Source: Bugula neritina (taxonomy: Eukaryota > Animalia > Bryozoa). From it: 64,000 nucleotides of DNA. Under the pieces are notes generated by a model. The model had not been told where the DNA came from, did no database searches, and saw only the letters and a program-made list of their open reading frames with translations. The position numbers and the translations under genes are program-made. Of this stretch, positions 1 through 12,872 are shown piece after piece. The stretch spans positions 7,283,751 through 7,347,750 of the forward strand of contig OZ037773.1 in assembly GCA_964035545.1 (NCBI GenBank), in the 5' to 3' direction. How positions within the stretch are numbered: the first letter of the stretch is position 1; the number at the start of each line of letters is the position of its first letter.

Positions 1-20
1 GGAAGGGAAGAAAAAATCAC

Positions 21-59
21 CTGCCAAATGCTGCTACCGGGTTGGTGTGAAATGGTCAT
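21..59 (-). CDS. Possible first coding exon of a neighbouring gene running off the left edge (MTISHQPGSSIWQ)
   Basis: Minus-strand ATG at 59, 13 open codons, then a CAG|GTGATT donor. Too short to identify. Confidence 0.25.
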
Positions 60-1833
60 GTGATGCACTCGATTGTTTATTATTCGTTAGAATAGCAGTG
101 GGCGCGGTTTTGCAAAGCGGAGACAAACCTTCATAAAATGCTTCCGCATCCTCCAATTAAGAGACGACAACCACTAAAAAGTAAAACAAGTTCTACAGCT
201 GCATAGATCACGTCGGGTAGTTAACTACCAACAATTAAGTTCAATTCTTACCAATAACCAATCCCAACAACATTGATAAGCATACAAACAGTTATCAACA
301 CACCGAGACAGCAAAAAACATGTAATTTCAATGGCTATAATATATTATTAGGGTGAAGAATTAAAATAACTTCTATGACCAAATTATTATAACTGCAAAT
401 AGTTATTACAATGAATGAAACTCCAAGTAAGGATTAAAAAATTAACATAAAATTTTTGTTTGCAGCGTTTTAAATGTTTAATCACAAAATTTTTAAATTG
501 ACAAGAATAAATTATAAAATATATAAAACAAAAATGCTTCTTTAGTTCGTCCTTTGAAACAAATATAATATTTGAGGTTATATTATAGCTGCCGTCTATG
601 TCGGCTCGAGATGTTGGAGGTTTTTTAGAATTGTTATTAAGGATAATTGTGTTATTGTTATAATATAACAGTAACACAATTATCAATATTAATATCATTA
701 ATATTTATAACTTTATTTTTTAAATATATGCTTGAAGCTGTAGTTCAATTTTTTTCATCAATAAAATTGTTTTAATTAGGTACTTGTTTTGATTTTAGTT
801 GCAGCATGAACAACTACAAGTGAGCATGAGTATAAGTATAACTATAACATTAAGTTTAACTATAACTAAAAATATTCACATTGATATTGTCATTGATGAT
901 TGATATTCATATTCACTATCAGTATCATATTGCCACACTCACTATCACTCTAATCATCATTGTGATTTTTGCAATTCAGATTGTAATAATAATAATTATT
1001 TTTATTATGATTAACATACTGATAATCATAATATAATTATAACTGTCAACATCATGATCATGATTTTGTGTATTGATATACTATTATCCATAATACTCAT
1101 ACTCATACTGTGCAAACTATAACTATCACTGCCATGCACTCACTGTGGCATTGATTAAATGAGATTGAAAGTTAAAATATAATAAAATCAAATGATATTG
1201 TTGCAGTACTGATTAAAAAAGCTAGAGTGTTCTAATTCAAATTAGTGGTCTTTTTAAATAATTTCATTATATTTTGAAAACTAGTTTTTTTATTTTCAAC
1301 ATATTAATTTTAGCATATAAGTTATCAAAAGAGGCAATAACATGGCATATTTTTATTCTGTAAACTTAAGCTTTTTAAAACATGAAAACCGTGAATGCAT
1401 TTTGAAATATTTAAATATTTTTCATTACTAGTGTAAAATTCAACGAGTAGATATTTACAGGGTTCTCAATTTCTTGTTTATTATCAAAGGATTGTACAGC
1501 ACTGCTATAATCTACCATGACACCACACTATATAAAGCAGGCAAATTATTTTACCTAATCTCTACAATATATATGTATGACTATTGTCGAGCAGAGATCT
1601 ATGCCAAATCAGATTTATTTTAAACTAACAGTATTCGACTGCTCTGATATATTTATAATTCACAGCCAGTAGTCTTCATATATTTTTCAGATCAGCTACA
1701 GCTTTGATACTCTACATAACCAGTATGGGCAGGTCCTCAAAGCTTTTCTAATGTTGCCCTATTGACTTATAGCTGAGGCTGATATATATGCTGGTATTAC
1801 CAACTTCTTTGCTTTAACCAGAAGGACAAGAGT

Positions 1834-4800
1834 ATGGCGACTTTCAAACAGGGCTCGAAAGCAGCTCTGCCAGTAAGTGACTTATTCATGAGTGTTTAAG
1901 CCTTTGTACTGTACACTAGTTCTTTATGGTAGAGGGAAGTTTACAATATAGAAAGTTCAATTAATTAATATGCTAAAATACACTAAACAGAGCTGAGCAT
2001 ATACCTATGGAGCCTGTGCAGTATAAAATGGAAAAGCATATAACTCCACCAAGAATAGATACAACTTATGTATGTGGGAATGTTTTTATATTTGTACACC
2101 CAAACAACAAACATACACACACACAATATACACAAAACTTACACACATAACATGTATTACACGTACATAGTTTTTATTCATCTTCTTAGCAATGTTATGA
2201 TGAAAGAATTATTAACACATTATGGTTTCTTAATTTATATTGTTACAAACCCAACTCACAGCTCATGCAAAATGTGTATCTAATGACATGCTAGATGTAA
2301 AGCAGCACATGTTAAGATCTGCTTATGTCCAATAGAGTTCTGGATGAAAAAAATGATCAAAACTGATGCTTGTTATTGCAAACATCATCTAGCTTATAGT
2401 AACTGAAGGTATTTGGTCACTTTGTAATAATTTAGTATAAATTATTTAATAAAAGACTAAAGCTCGTGGAGGGGAAGGCAGAAGCAAAAAGAGTTCCCAA
2501 CTAACAATAAACAAGTCTAATAGTCGGTTGAATATGAGGCAGAAAAGAAAGATGGCATCTCTTATGTCAATTTGCGCAGATGATGTGACAAAACTTGAAC
2601 TACCTTTTCAAGATCAGGCTTCATTCTGCACTGTGGGCAACACTCTTATACATTTAGTTAAATGTTCCACTGAATGGGGAAACAAGCGTAAGTGTTTGAC
2701 TGCATACTATATCAGCAATAATTTGATTATCTTTTCCATTATACAGTAGATGTGCACTTGTATATACTTTATGCTAAACACAATTTCAGTAATTTGTTCG
2801 TAAAAAGTTTTTCGTGTTGGGTTATCAAATAAATTAGGTTTTGGCACGCGATACTAATGAAATAAAATAGTTTTTTTCTTTTGACACATTTGCAAAGATA
2901 TGGGTAATGTACAGCTCAAATAAACTGTTTTTAGTATGTTTTATCATTTCAATAATTTACTCGTGCTTCTCTGAAACATAAATATGTTTTCTCAATATAT
3001 GGTTGTTTACATGGTTTTTTTATTTAATCAGATACATCAAATGATAATTGCGATGTGTGTAAAGCTGAAAGAAAGGCCATCATTGATGAAATAAAACAGA
3101 AAATAAGTGACAGGTTGAACTCCCACCTTAAGGCAGCCAATCAAAATGAGGTAGACATCAAACACATATTATATCTATTACATAATGAAACTATTATAGT
3201 GTTGGAAATAGTATTCTTCGAGAAAATATAGTAAATGAATGTATGTTGCATATGGTGTGTTTTCAATGCTTACACTGTGGTTAATAAAAGATATTGTACG
3301 TCATAGCTAAAATGTTCAGAGCTATGTTTAGCAGAAGCTGGGGGATTCAAATGAAGTCAATTTGGAGCAAGATCCAGTAACAGTCATGTAAGTTCACATC
3401 TTATGCATGTATAGAGTAACCGCAACATGTTTTGTGGAGTTTTTAAAGGTAGACTAGCTCGCATAGTTTATAGCTTTAAGTCATAGAAATTCTATTTTCA
3501 ATTCTATTTACTAAATTAAATACAATATTAATGCAATTCTTTGTAATCTATGCAGTAAGTGTACATCAACCTCCGATTATATACATTCTACATACTTACT
3601 GTATATATTTAGTTTTAAAGCGTTTATAAATACTTACTGCAGTAAGCATATATAGACCTTCTAATATAAGCAGAAGGGCAATTAACATGGACATGCAGAG
3701 ATGCTGCCAAAGGTTTGTAATTAATTAAGTGTGCAGAATGAGGAGGGCACAACTTCTCATTCTGCTTGGCCCATAAACTTCCTTTTTTCCTCTTCCTAAG
3801 CATATTATCAATAAGACCATGGCCTGTGTGTAATATGTAGCATGAGTAACTTTTGGTGACTATTTATATTTATAGCCCAACGATTTAGGGCCTCAGTCTT
3901 ATTTATGAGGTTAAGGTCAAGTTTAGGGCTATTGTGTTGCATAGTGTAAAACCATTAGTTAGTATGAAGCCTGTAACAGATTGGCGAAAACTTGCTAGAT
4001 GGACTGAAAAAGTTACTTATTTTATGTGAAGTTTCATCTCAGACAAAATTATACTGTCTAGCGAGACTTAGTTGTGCTTTTTTCTTTGAATGGTTAGGGT
4101 GGATCCAGTCACTCCTCCCGTACATGATACTACGGAAAATCAGCAACATAAGCCTAAAGACGTAACGTTCACAGGAGGAAAGAGCAGCACACTGCAGCCC
4201 CACATTTCTGGCATGAAATCAAAGGCTGGGTTATACCAGGGTGCAAATACCCGGGTTAAAGGAGTATAGTTCATTTTATTTAATAATAACTTGACAGGTT
4301 TTTTATTCATGAAAGCACAACATACTAGCTTAAATCATTACTAGAGAGAAACTTAAATCCCACATCAGTGACTTTCATCTTTTTTCAAGGGTAGATATAC
4401 TCTGTCTATGACTAACATAAACAAGCATAAGTCAACTCTGTTGGCAGCTCGGAAAAGTCAGCTGTCGGCCAAATCTTCCATGGCCAGCGTCTCTAGTCAA
4501 GGTGTGTTCCCATCGTGATTATAGTAGTTTTTATAGCATCATGGATCATGGTTATACTTCTTGCTCAAAATTAAAATATTTTGTGAAATTTTAGTTTGCA
4601 AATTCTAACGCAGTTTTTGTTGTGTACCACATATTCCAGTGTGTGTTATAAACATACAATGATAAATAACATGAATCTCTTGATAGAAAAACTAATAAAA
4701 TCGATCCATGATTTATAGGCTGACTAACTAATTTTAAAGTAAAGATAAAAAATTTGAGTTTTAGATTAAATTTGGTAATATCTTTTAGCTATGCTTGTGT

Positions 4801-7800
4801 AGTTGGTAAAAATTAATGTGGACGTATATTGTGTTTGTTATACACCCACTCTCCATGTGGTGGTTATAGCGTGGTGAATTGTTGTACTACCGTTTACTCT
4901 GTAGACTCACTGAATGGCAAGTTAATCAGCTACACAGAATGGGATAAAATCAAAGAACAAACCTTAGAAGCCTTATACGAGGCTAATCCAGATATTGATA
5001 AGCTTTATGGGTAAAGTTACTATTGATGGTTCTATTTCTTTATCACAATACTATCTTTTAAGTTACTAAAATATGTTGTATTTTTAAAAATAACATGATA
5101 AAGTATTTAAGTAAAATATAGTATAAATTATAATGGTTAGTTAAGTCACTATATACATTTATATTACATATGGAATATAATAGATATAATATATAAAATG
5201 TATAGTTACATTATTATAGAATGTACATACATGTATAAAGGTATGTATATACTGCTATAGAATGTACGTGTATTACTATAGGGTGTACCATCATATAAAA
5301 AAGTGTGTGTATATGTCATTATATAATTTACTCACAGATAAGAAAGGTATATATGTTATAGAATGTACGTACAGATAAGAAAGGTATATATTATTATAGA
5401 ATGTACGTGCAGATAAGAAAGGTATATATGTTATAGAATGTACGTACAGATAAGAAAGGTATATATTATTATAGAATGTACGTGCAGATAAGAAAGGTAT
5501 ATATGTTATAGAATGTACGTACAGATAAGAAAAGTACGTATGAACAGCCCAGAGATGTCCAACACATGTAACGAGTCGCAGGCTCTACTAGACAATACAG
5601 TATCCCAGCTCTATCAGACCATGACGGACCCCTGCAGGGAAAACATGCAGCTCAACAAAGTACAGGATACAGAGATGTCGGTTCTCACAGTGAGTAACTT
5701 GAACACACTTCACTGCAATGTAGAAAGGCATTCTCCGGTAAACAATACCACAGTCAGAAATTTTCTAGCTCTTAAATATATAGATTAATAAGCTATGTTT
5801 GCTTCCTGTCTGGGAAAATATTTAAAATGTCTTTTTTTTAATTGTCTTGCTAGTTTCTAATGTCCTTTTAATGAAATCATTCTCATGGCTGTTTCGCCAT
5901 TTTGAAATGAAAGTATTATAATAATTAGTAAAAGTTGTTTGGCAACCACTAGTAATAGAGCTCAAGGTTTGTTAAGTCAAACAGACATGAAAGCAGATAG
6001 GCTATAAAAGCAAAAGTACTGATCTCAGGGCTGTGTAATTTGTAATTTCATAAACTAAAGCATAAACTCATTCTGTGTTATAAAATATTTAGTTACAACA
6101 CTCAGTTACACTTTGGTTACAGGTAGCTCAGTGCTTCTCTCCAATTGATTGGTATATACTGCTTTTGTTGAAGTAATATGTCAATAAGTTGATATGTCCA
6201 CATGTTATAGCCTAACGGAATATCTTCTTAAATGAAAAAAAAGGTTTTGGTAAGTTTAATCATGTTGTGAGATATGAACTAGTCACCAGGATTGCCATCT
6301 AATATATGTGTTATACAGAGTCTCATACAAGCCACACAGACTCTTAAACATCAGCTTCAACTCTTCAACATCTTTGATAGAGACGGGGTTATCAAAAGAG
6401 CTGAGGCTAAAATAAAAGACAGGATTAAAAAGACTATTGCTGTGGCTGCTAAGTCTAAAAATAGGTCAGAGAGAAGATAACTGACGCAATACATGATATT
6501 ATCTAGCTGTTTAACTTTAATATATTTTGTATACCACATTATATATCTGTTAAGTTGTGTAATTTCAATATATCTTATATGAAGCCATATTATATCACAT
6601 ATAACTGCTCAATTAGTAAAACAAGCTTAAACATTTCACAATACCCATTAAATGCTGAGCTTACAAACACAAAATTGAACAATCTGGAATTTTGGTTACG
6701 ATTATAAAGAAGCAAGACACAATTTCAAAAGTTTCTATCTTTTAACAATTTATTTCGAGAGTTATGCATGCAGGAACAGCTTCATGGTATCAGACTAGAC
6801 TGGCCTTAGAATATTGTCCAATTAAAATGATCCCTAAACTGATACGCAATGATGCTGTATAGATACCATAAATACTGGCTGTGATAAACTGCCTATCAAC
6901 TTATTCTTAGTACCGTAATTTGCAGAGACCAACTAACTGAACTTATCATCATTATGAAGAACAACACATTTCTCAAGTCACATGACCTGCTGGATACAGC
7001 CAGACGGCAAGTTCAAGGACTAACGTATGATGACTTCATCACGAAACACAGTAACAGACTGAAACAGCAAGGGCCTGTTACCAAGAAGACTGGTACTAGA
7101 TAGAATGTAGTTTATTTATAATATAGCTTATCTATATCTAAAGCAGCATAGAATGCATTCTATATTAGCTTTTCTGTAGCAGCATACACAGAACGCCTCA
7201 TACTTTGTCTATGATATAGTCTGCTGCGTTTTACAGGCTGTCTCACACTCACATGATCAAAGATTTCATAACTCAAAACTACAGATCTTTTTTAAACTAA
7301 GAATGAAACATTGCAGAAAGGGTTTACTTCTGAATTTGTTTGTTATTTGCTTATACAGTAAATATACTCCAACACATCCTACACATTACTTTCTACATCA
7401 TTTAATTGCAGCTCTGCTCTATACACCACTGTGTGCATAGTGCAGATTACTAGAGATGAGGAAAATAGAACATAGAAGTGTTGTAATTTTGAAAAAACTA
7501 AACCTTGTTTACTGTGTACCATAACTTATAAACAATATTATATTATATACAGCAGGAGTGAAGGAAGAAAATCAACTGAAATCAAAGCTGACTAAACTGG
7601 TACAGGAAATAGAAGCTGTACAAGAAGAAAATGGCGAAGATGGTGTAAATGTGGAGCTGAACAGTCAACTTCTGATTAGATTAATTGAACTGCTGGAGAA
7701 GTATTTGAAAAAGTATATTCTTACAATAGGGCCTAATTATATTATTATTTATATATTTTATTGCACAGTGTTATAATTTTCAAGATATGGCTTATATGAC

Positions 7801-8977
7801 CCTGTATCTCAGTTTATGACACTACAATATACCTTAAAAGATGTATCACATTAAACCAAATATTATCCATGAAAAATTAATTATTTAGTAGTTGTATGCA
7901 TGAGCTAAAATGGCTGATATTAGCTAAAGCTGATGACATAATTAGTATAACTAACACATTTTTGGGTAGGTGGCAGTTTCCTTTTGCCTATAGAAAATTT
8001 CCACTGTAACATGAAGCAATGACTTATAAACTCAAAAGTTATAAACCTAAGCTACTCAGAGTTTAGACCTAGTAGCACCTGTTCAGCCTGCTAGTGCACC
8101 CAATGTGTTTATAACGGGAGGTGCTCACGTGCTCCTTGCTGTGATGTAGGCTGGGTGATGTAGAGAGCGTAGAGTATTCTGGCGGTTTGGAACTTTACTA
8201 TAAAATCATAAGAGGAGCTATTCGAAGGGTGAGTCATATTACTCAGTACTCTTAGAGTGAGTTATATTCCTGCTTTTCTACGTCTGAGTTGCCTTCTCTA
8301 TTCTTTGAAAAAAAATCGCATTTCTCAGTACACTTGAAATACATCTTGTCTAGTACTTTATGCTACTTTATTTTCTCAGTACTTGCTGTACGCACAGGTA
8401 TTACTCTGTTCTGTTTATTCAGACCGTTCAGGCTAAAGACTCTGGAGAAGATGTTACCAAGTTACGCAAAGTTCTACAGACACGAGGTCGTACCCTCCCA
8501 CTGCGAATCAAGACCCTGGAGTTATGTCAGTTAGTAGACAGGTACTGTATCTTAAATATGTAGTTTGTTTGGTACATAGGTTATTTAGAGCATTGCATTT
8601 TGTAGATCCATTGCATTGATGATTTATCCAATGCCAAAGTTTATTTCACATGCAAAACTGCAATACATAAGCTGAATACAGTTTTCATAAAAATGCATTC
8701 TTTTCATCCTAAAATTGACACAATATAAAAATTTTTCTAATGCAATCAATTACCCAATTGTGTCATTTTCTATGCAGCCTGCCACATACTTGATGTAAAT
8801 ATTATGTTTATTGAAATCTTAATTAGTCTTTCAATACAATGAAACAGGTTTCGGGTCACTAAGACTCTGCTAGAGAATTCACAGAACAGAGACCAGAGCG
8901 CCACCAAGTCGCACGTCCAAACCATCCATGAAGTCAGCAAAAATCTACATACTTTGCTAAAAGACCCCAAATGTTAG
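1834..8977 (+). CDS. Uncharacterised multi-exon protein, ~590 aa, helical/coiled-coil-rich C-terminal half; N-terminus uncertain
   Basis: 14 GT-AG exons splice in consistent phase with no stops: 1834-1872, 2456-2687, 3032-3150, ~3332-3387, 4098-~4255, 4390-4501, 4905-5010, 5548-5689, 6319-6464, 6926-7092, 7553-~7712, 8150-8228, 8423-8541, 8848-8977 (ends LLKDPKC*). No family recognised. Confidence 0.7.
5334..5531 (+). repeat. 37/38-bp minisatellite (ACAGATAAGAAAGGTATATATGTTATAGAATGTACGT), ~5 units, ending just before the exon at 5548
   Basis: Direct tandem repetition visible. Confidence 0.9.
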
Positions 8978-10352
8978 TATAATGAGCAGCAATTGTTCTG
9001 CTTATTTCCATTATGAGCTTTTTCTGTAGAAAGTTAATTATAGAGCATATAACTTAGTCTAAAAGTCATTGATACATGAACATGGATACTCTGTGGGCCC
9101 CTCACCACTTTTAACAATGTGCAGCTAGATAGCATGGAGTAACAACTTGTCTGAAATTTTAGTGAGTAAAATAGCACCGGAGAGGTTGAGAGAAACGCTA
9201 CAGAACCAATCAAACCAGCTCCTTCAGAGAAACAGACTGGAGACAACAGGATCTGAGAGTACAATAGAGTAGAGTAAGAAGAGCAGCTTTCTCTGCATCT
9301 GGTCAACTGATGCTGTCTATAAAAGGTTGATTTTGAAAGTTGTGTTTGATGACCAGATTTTCGTTATATGTCTGTTATGGTTATAGTTTCGACAAAATCA
9401 TAATAATAATAAAAAAGTTAAAGATGACCAAAGTTTTTCAATATCATGCAAAAAGAGTTTATGGATGACTAAACTAACCAATTCATTTCTCAGTTGTGTT
9501 TGCTACTACAAATGGTTTATGAAAATGTGGGTAATTATTTTATTCTCCCAATTGAAAATCGCAGTTGAAAACATTTGCAGCCCCATACTGTTCAACATCT
9601 AATGTTACCAACCCTAGTTCTCAAATCTCAACTTTGTATTTTATGAATTGGCTTTGGAGAAGTGGTTTATTAATTGAATATTGAAGCTACAACTCAAAGA
9701 AGAAGCTTTAGAGCACATGTTAGCTGGTGTCAGCTTCGGCTGATGATACCTAATAGTCAAGGCCGTGTCAGTATCGCCCTGAATTAGCTGTAGAAAAGAA
9801 TATTTTGATTTGAATGCTGATTGAATAAATTGCTATTGTTACCTCACAAATTATATATGCAGAAATTGAAGTCACAGAATAGTATTGCTGACCCATTTAC
9901 ATATAATACTACATTTATGAAACATTAATATATAAGAAATAGTTGATTGCTGTAATGAAAATGCTTTAAAAATGTCTAATAATCAATACCAAAATTGGAT
10001 ATTTGTAATCAAATGACAAATTGCCACAGCTATCAGCGTTCCAATATGCACTGTATGAGAATCCAGTTACTAAAAATTGTAGTAGAGTATAGAAAGTTTG
10101 TTTAAGAATTATTTTACATAAATTAACAGGCCACAGTACACTATTATATAGCAAATAGTTTTACCAAAACTTACAAAAACACTACAATTATATAAAAATT
10201 GTCGAGGATGAAGATGGCCTATGTTGTATGATAGCATACAAACAAGTGAAAATGGTCCAGCAAAGTTAACAGAGAATCGACAGGCACTTGTATGTAGTGT
10301 CGAATGATGCAAGTCACTTGTGTTGATGTCAGAAGTCTTGCAAGAAGCCTTG

Positions 10353-12780
10353 TTAATAGTTGCCGTACTGAGGTGGCAAGTTACCAGTGTACTGGGCAGA
10401 AGGGGGCTGGCCAGGCTGGGTTTGCTGAGGTAAACTGTTCCCTCGCTGCATGTACTGAGGCCCGGGTGCGTGGACCATTCGACTATCTTGCTGTGACTGC
10501 AAAATTACACATAGCAGGGTACAAAAGCATAACATTTATATTATATTCATTAAAGAAAGTTGACAAATCTAAAATTACCATAAAATCCTAAAAAACACTT
10601 CTGAGTTGGTGCAGAGGGTATGAAATTATTCATGCATATGTGATTAATTATTTTATTCACACAATTCAAAATGGCAGTTGTAAAGAGTTAACAACTTCAC
10701 ATTATAATTGTTTGAAATATCATTTTACAAACTTAGCAATCAAATCACATGGATCCCAGCTGTCCAATTAAAAACCGGCTATAACCGTAGCATCTTCCAA
10801 ATAAGCAAGACACAAATGCATAAAAAGAAAAGTGAGATGATGGCATCTCTCTACAAACTGACCTGATAATGCTGAGGATACTGAGTGTTGTAAGCTCCCC
10901 CTGGTGGCTGGGCTGCAGGTTGACCGCCTTGAGCATACCTGCCCATAGGCTGAGAGGCAGCATTGTATGACATCATAGAAGAGTGAGACTGCTGACCACC
11001 ACTCATCATCATGCCACCTAAACATGGAGGACATCAGGTTAAATGTCTTTCTCATCTCCCAATATTAGCGAATCAATTTAATTATTCACAAACTGGAAAT
11101 AAATAAAACTTTTAAAGGCTGTCAAACTACTAAATGCACTTCCAAGGGTCGCAGTTGCTTAACATTTTCCAATGAGGAGTTTTTTGTCCCTAATCAGGCC
11201 TTTACTCTTTCATCACAGGTGGTAGACCTTTATTACAGTTATTTTTCTATCTTATATTTTAAAGTTTTTTTTTCACAAAAATGAGTAAAATTAAGGATTG
11301 TTAACTTGCATCTTCCTACACTGATGAGTTCTGATAAAGTTCTAGTCCAGCTATGTTAATGCACAAGGTTAGGATCTTAAGCTAAAGAAAGTGATTTTAG
11401 AAACCATCTAGTAATTCTAAAACTGCAAAATTAATGAATTTTATAGAGAGTAGATAATTGCAAAGTTTTAATTTCAACAGTAGCTTATAATATACATGTA
11501 TAGAGAGAGTAACTCCACAAAGCATCAATAAGGCAGACAATGATAGCTGCATCATTGCCTAGCATAGTGTAAATGTGTTCATACCTTGAGGGGGGTTAGT
11601 AGGAGCCCCGTAACTTGGTGGCTGAGGCATGTAATTCTGTGAATGCATTCTGTTAGGAAATTGTGCACTCGCAGGATATTGTGGAGGCGGGTTTTGTTCG
11701 TAACGGGTTCCACGCCCAACTCCGCTCTTATTCTTGATGAACATAGTCAGCTGCTCCTTTGTATACATGGAGCCAGAAGGGGCGTCTATACCGTACCCCC
11801 CTACTGCATGCTGGGGAGGTACCTGGCTATGTTGCATCATCATACCTAGAAGATAATATAAACATGAATAAAATGAGCAGCGAAGGTGGCTACAAACTCT
11901 ACTGATTGAGTAGCAGAACTCAGCTATAACTCACCTGACTGAGCCTGTCTATTTCTCAGGTGATGGTCTAGCGTCTCCTTCACATTAGGTCGGGCAGTGG
12001 GGTGTCTCACCATCCCGCTACTTGCTGGTATGTTGTAGGAACTCGCGTAGCCTTGGGGCGTGCCTCGTGCACCAGTAGACCAAGAACCTGTATAGATATG
12101 TCAACAGACATGAGAGAGAGAGAGTGGTTACTCACAATGTCTACTATTAGAAGGTGTTACGTGTTCTGAGTCATCACCTGGTGCTGCCGCCATGGAGCCC
12201 GCTGCCATTCGGTTGTCAAACTGCGGCTGAGAAGGAATAGTGGCGTAGGGAGCTGCCTTCGCGGCGCTGCTGTTGCGAGACGTTCGTCGTTTGGAAGGTT
12301 TGACGGGAACTTTCTGAACGGGAACTTTTGGAACAGGAACAGAGGTGGCCAGGTGCCTGGCACGTGTGTCGCTTCCTGACGCTTTAGCCACGCCCTCGTC
12401 CTAGCATACGACAGAGATTATCAGTAGAACATCGCACACTGTATTTTATACACAGAGCAGACTTTTCAAACTTGACTTTTCTTAGAAACAGATCAGTATA
12501 AAATTTACTGAAATAAAACTCACGCTCCCCTCCGGGATTTCCGTATCTATCTCCTCTGGCGGTAAAGGGGGTGGAGCTAAGAAATCAAGCGACCCTGACG
12601 CTCTCGCCATCTGGTGGTTGTGCTGAACAAGAAGTCTGTGCTGCTCTTCTGGATCCAAGGCTTTTCTTTCCAGCTGTTACAAATATGTACATTGGTCAGT
12701 CACGAAAGTATCGGCCAATAGCATGCTCTGAAACTTAACATGCTTTAAGCTCTACTAACATAGATTCAAATTAAGTGAGT

Positions 12781-12816
<36 letters not shown>

Positions 12817-12825
12817 GCACGCATG

Positions 12826-12872
<47 letters not shown>

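Noticed and set aside
138-206. Short ORF MLPHPPIKRRQPLKSKTSSTAA as first coding exon of gene 1
   Set aside because: Its phase-1 donors lead to stops in the nearest downstream candidate exons (799, 805, 1691).
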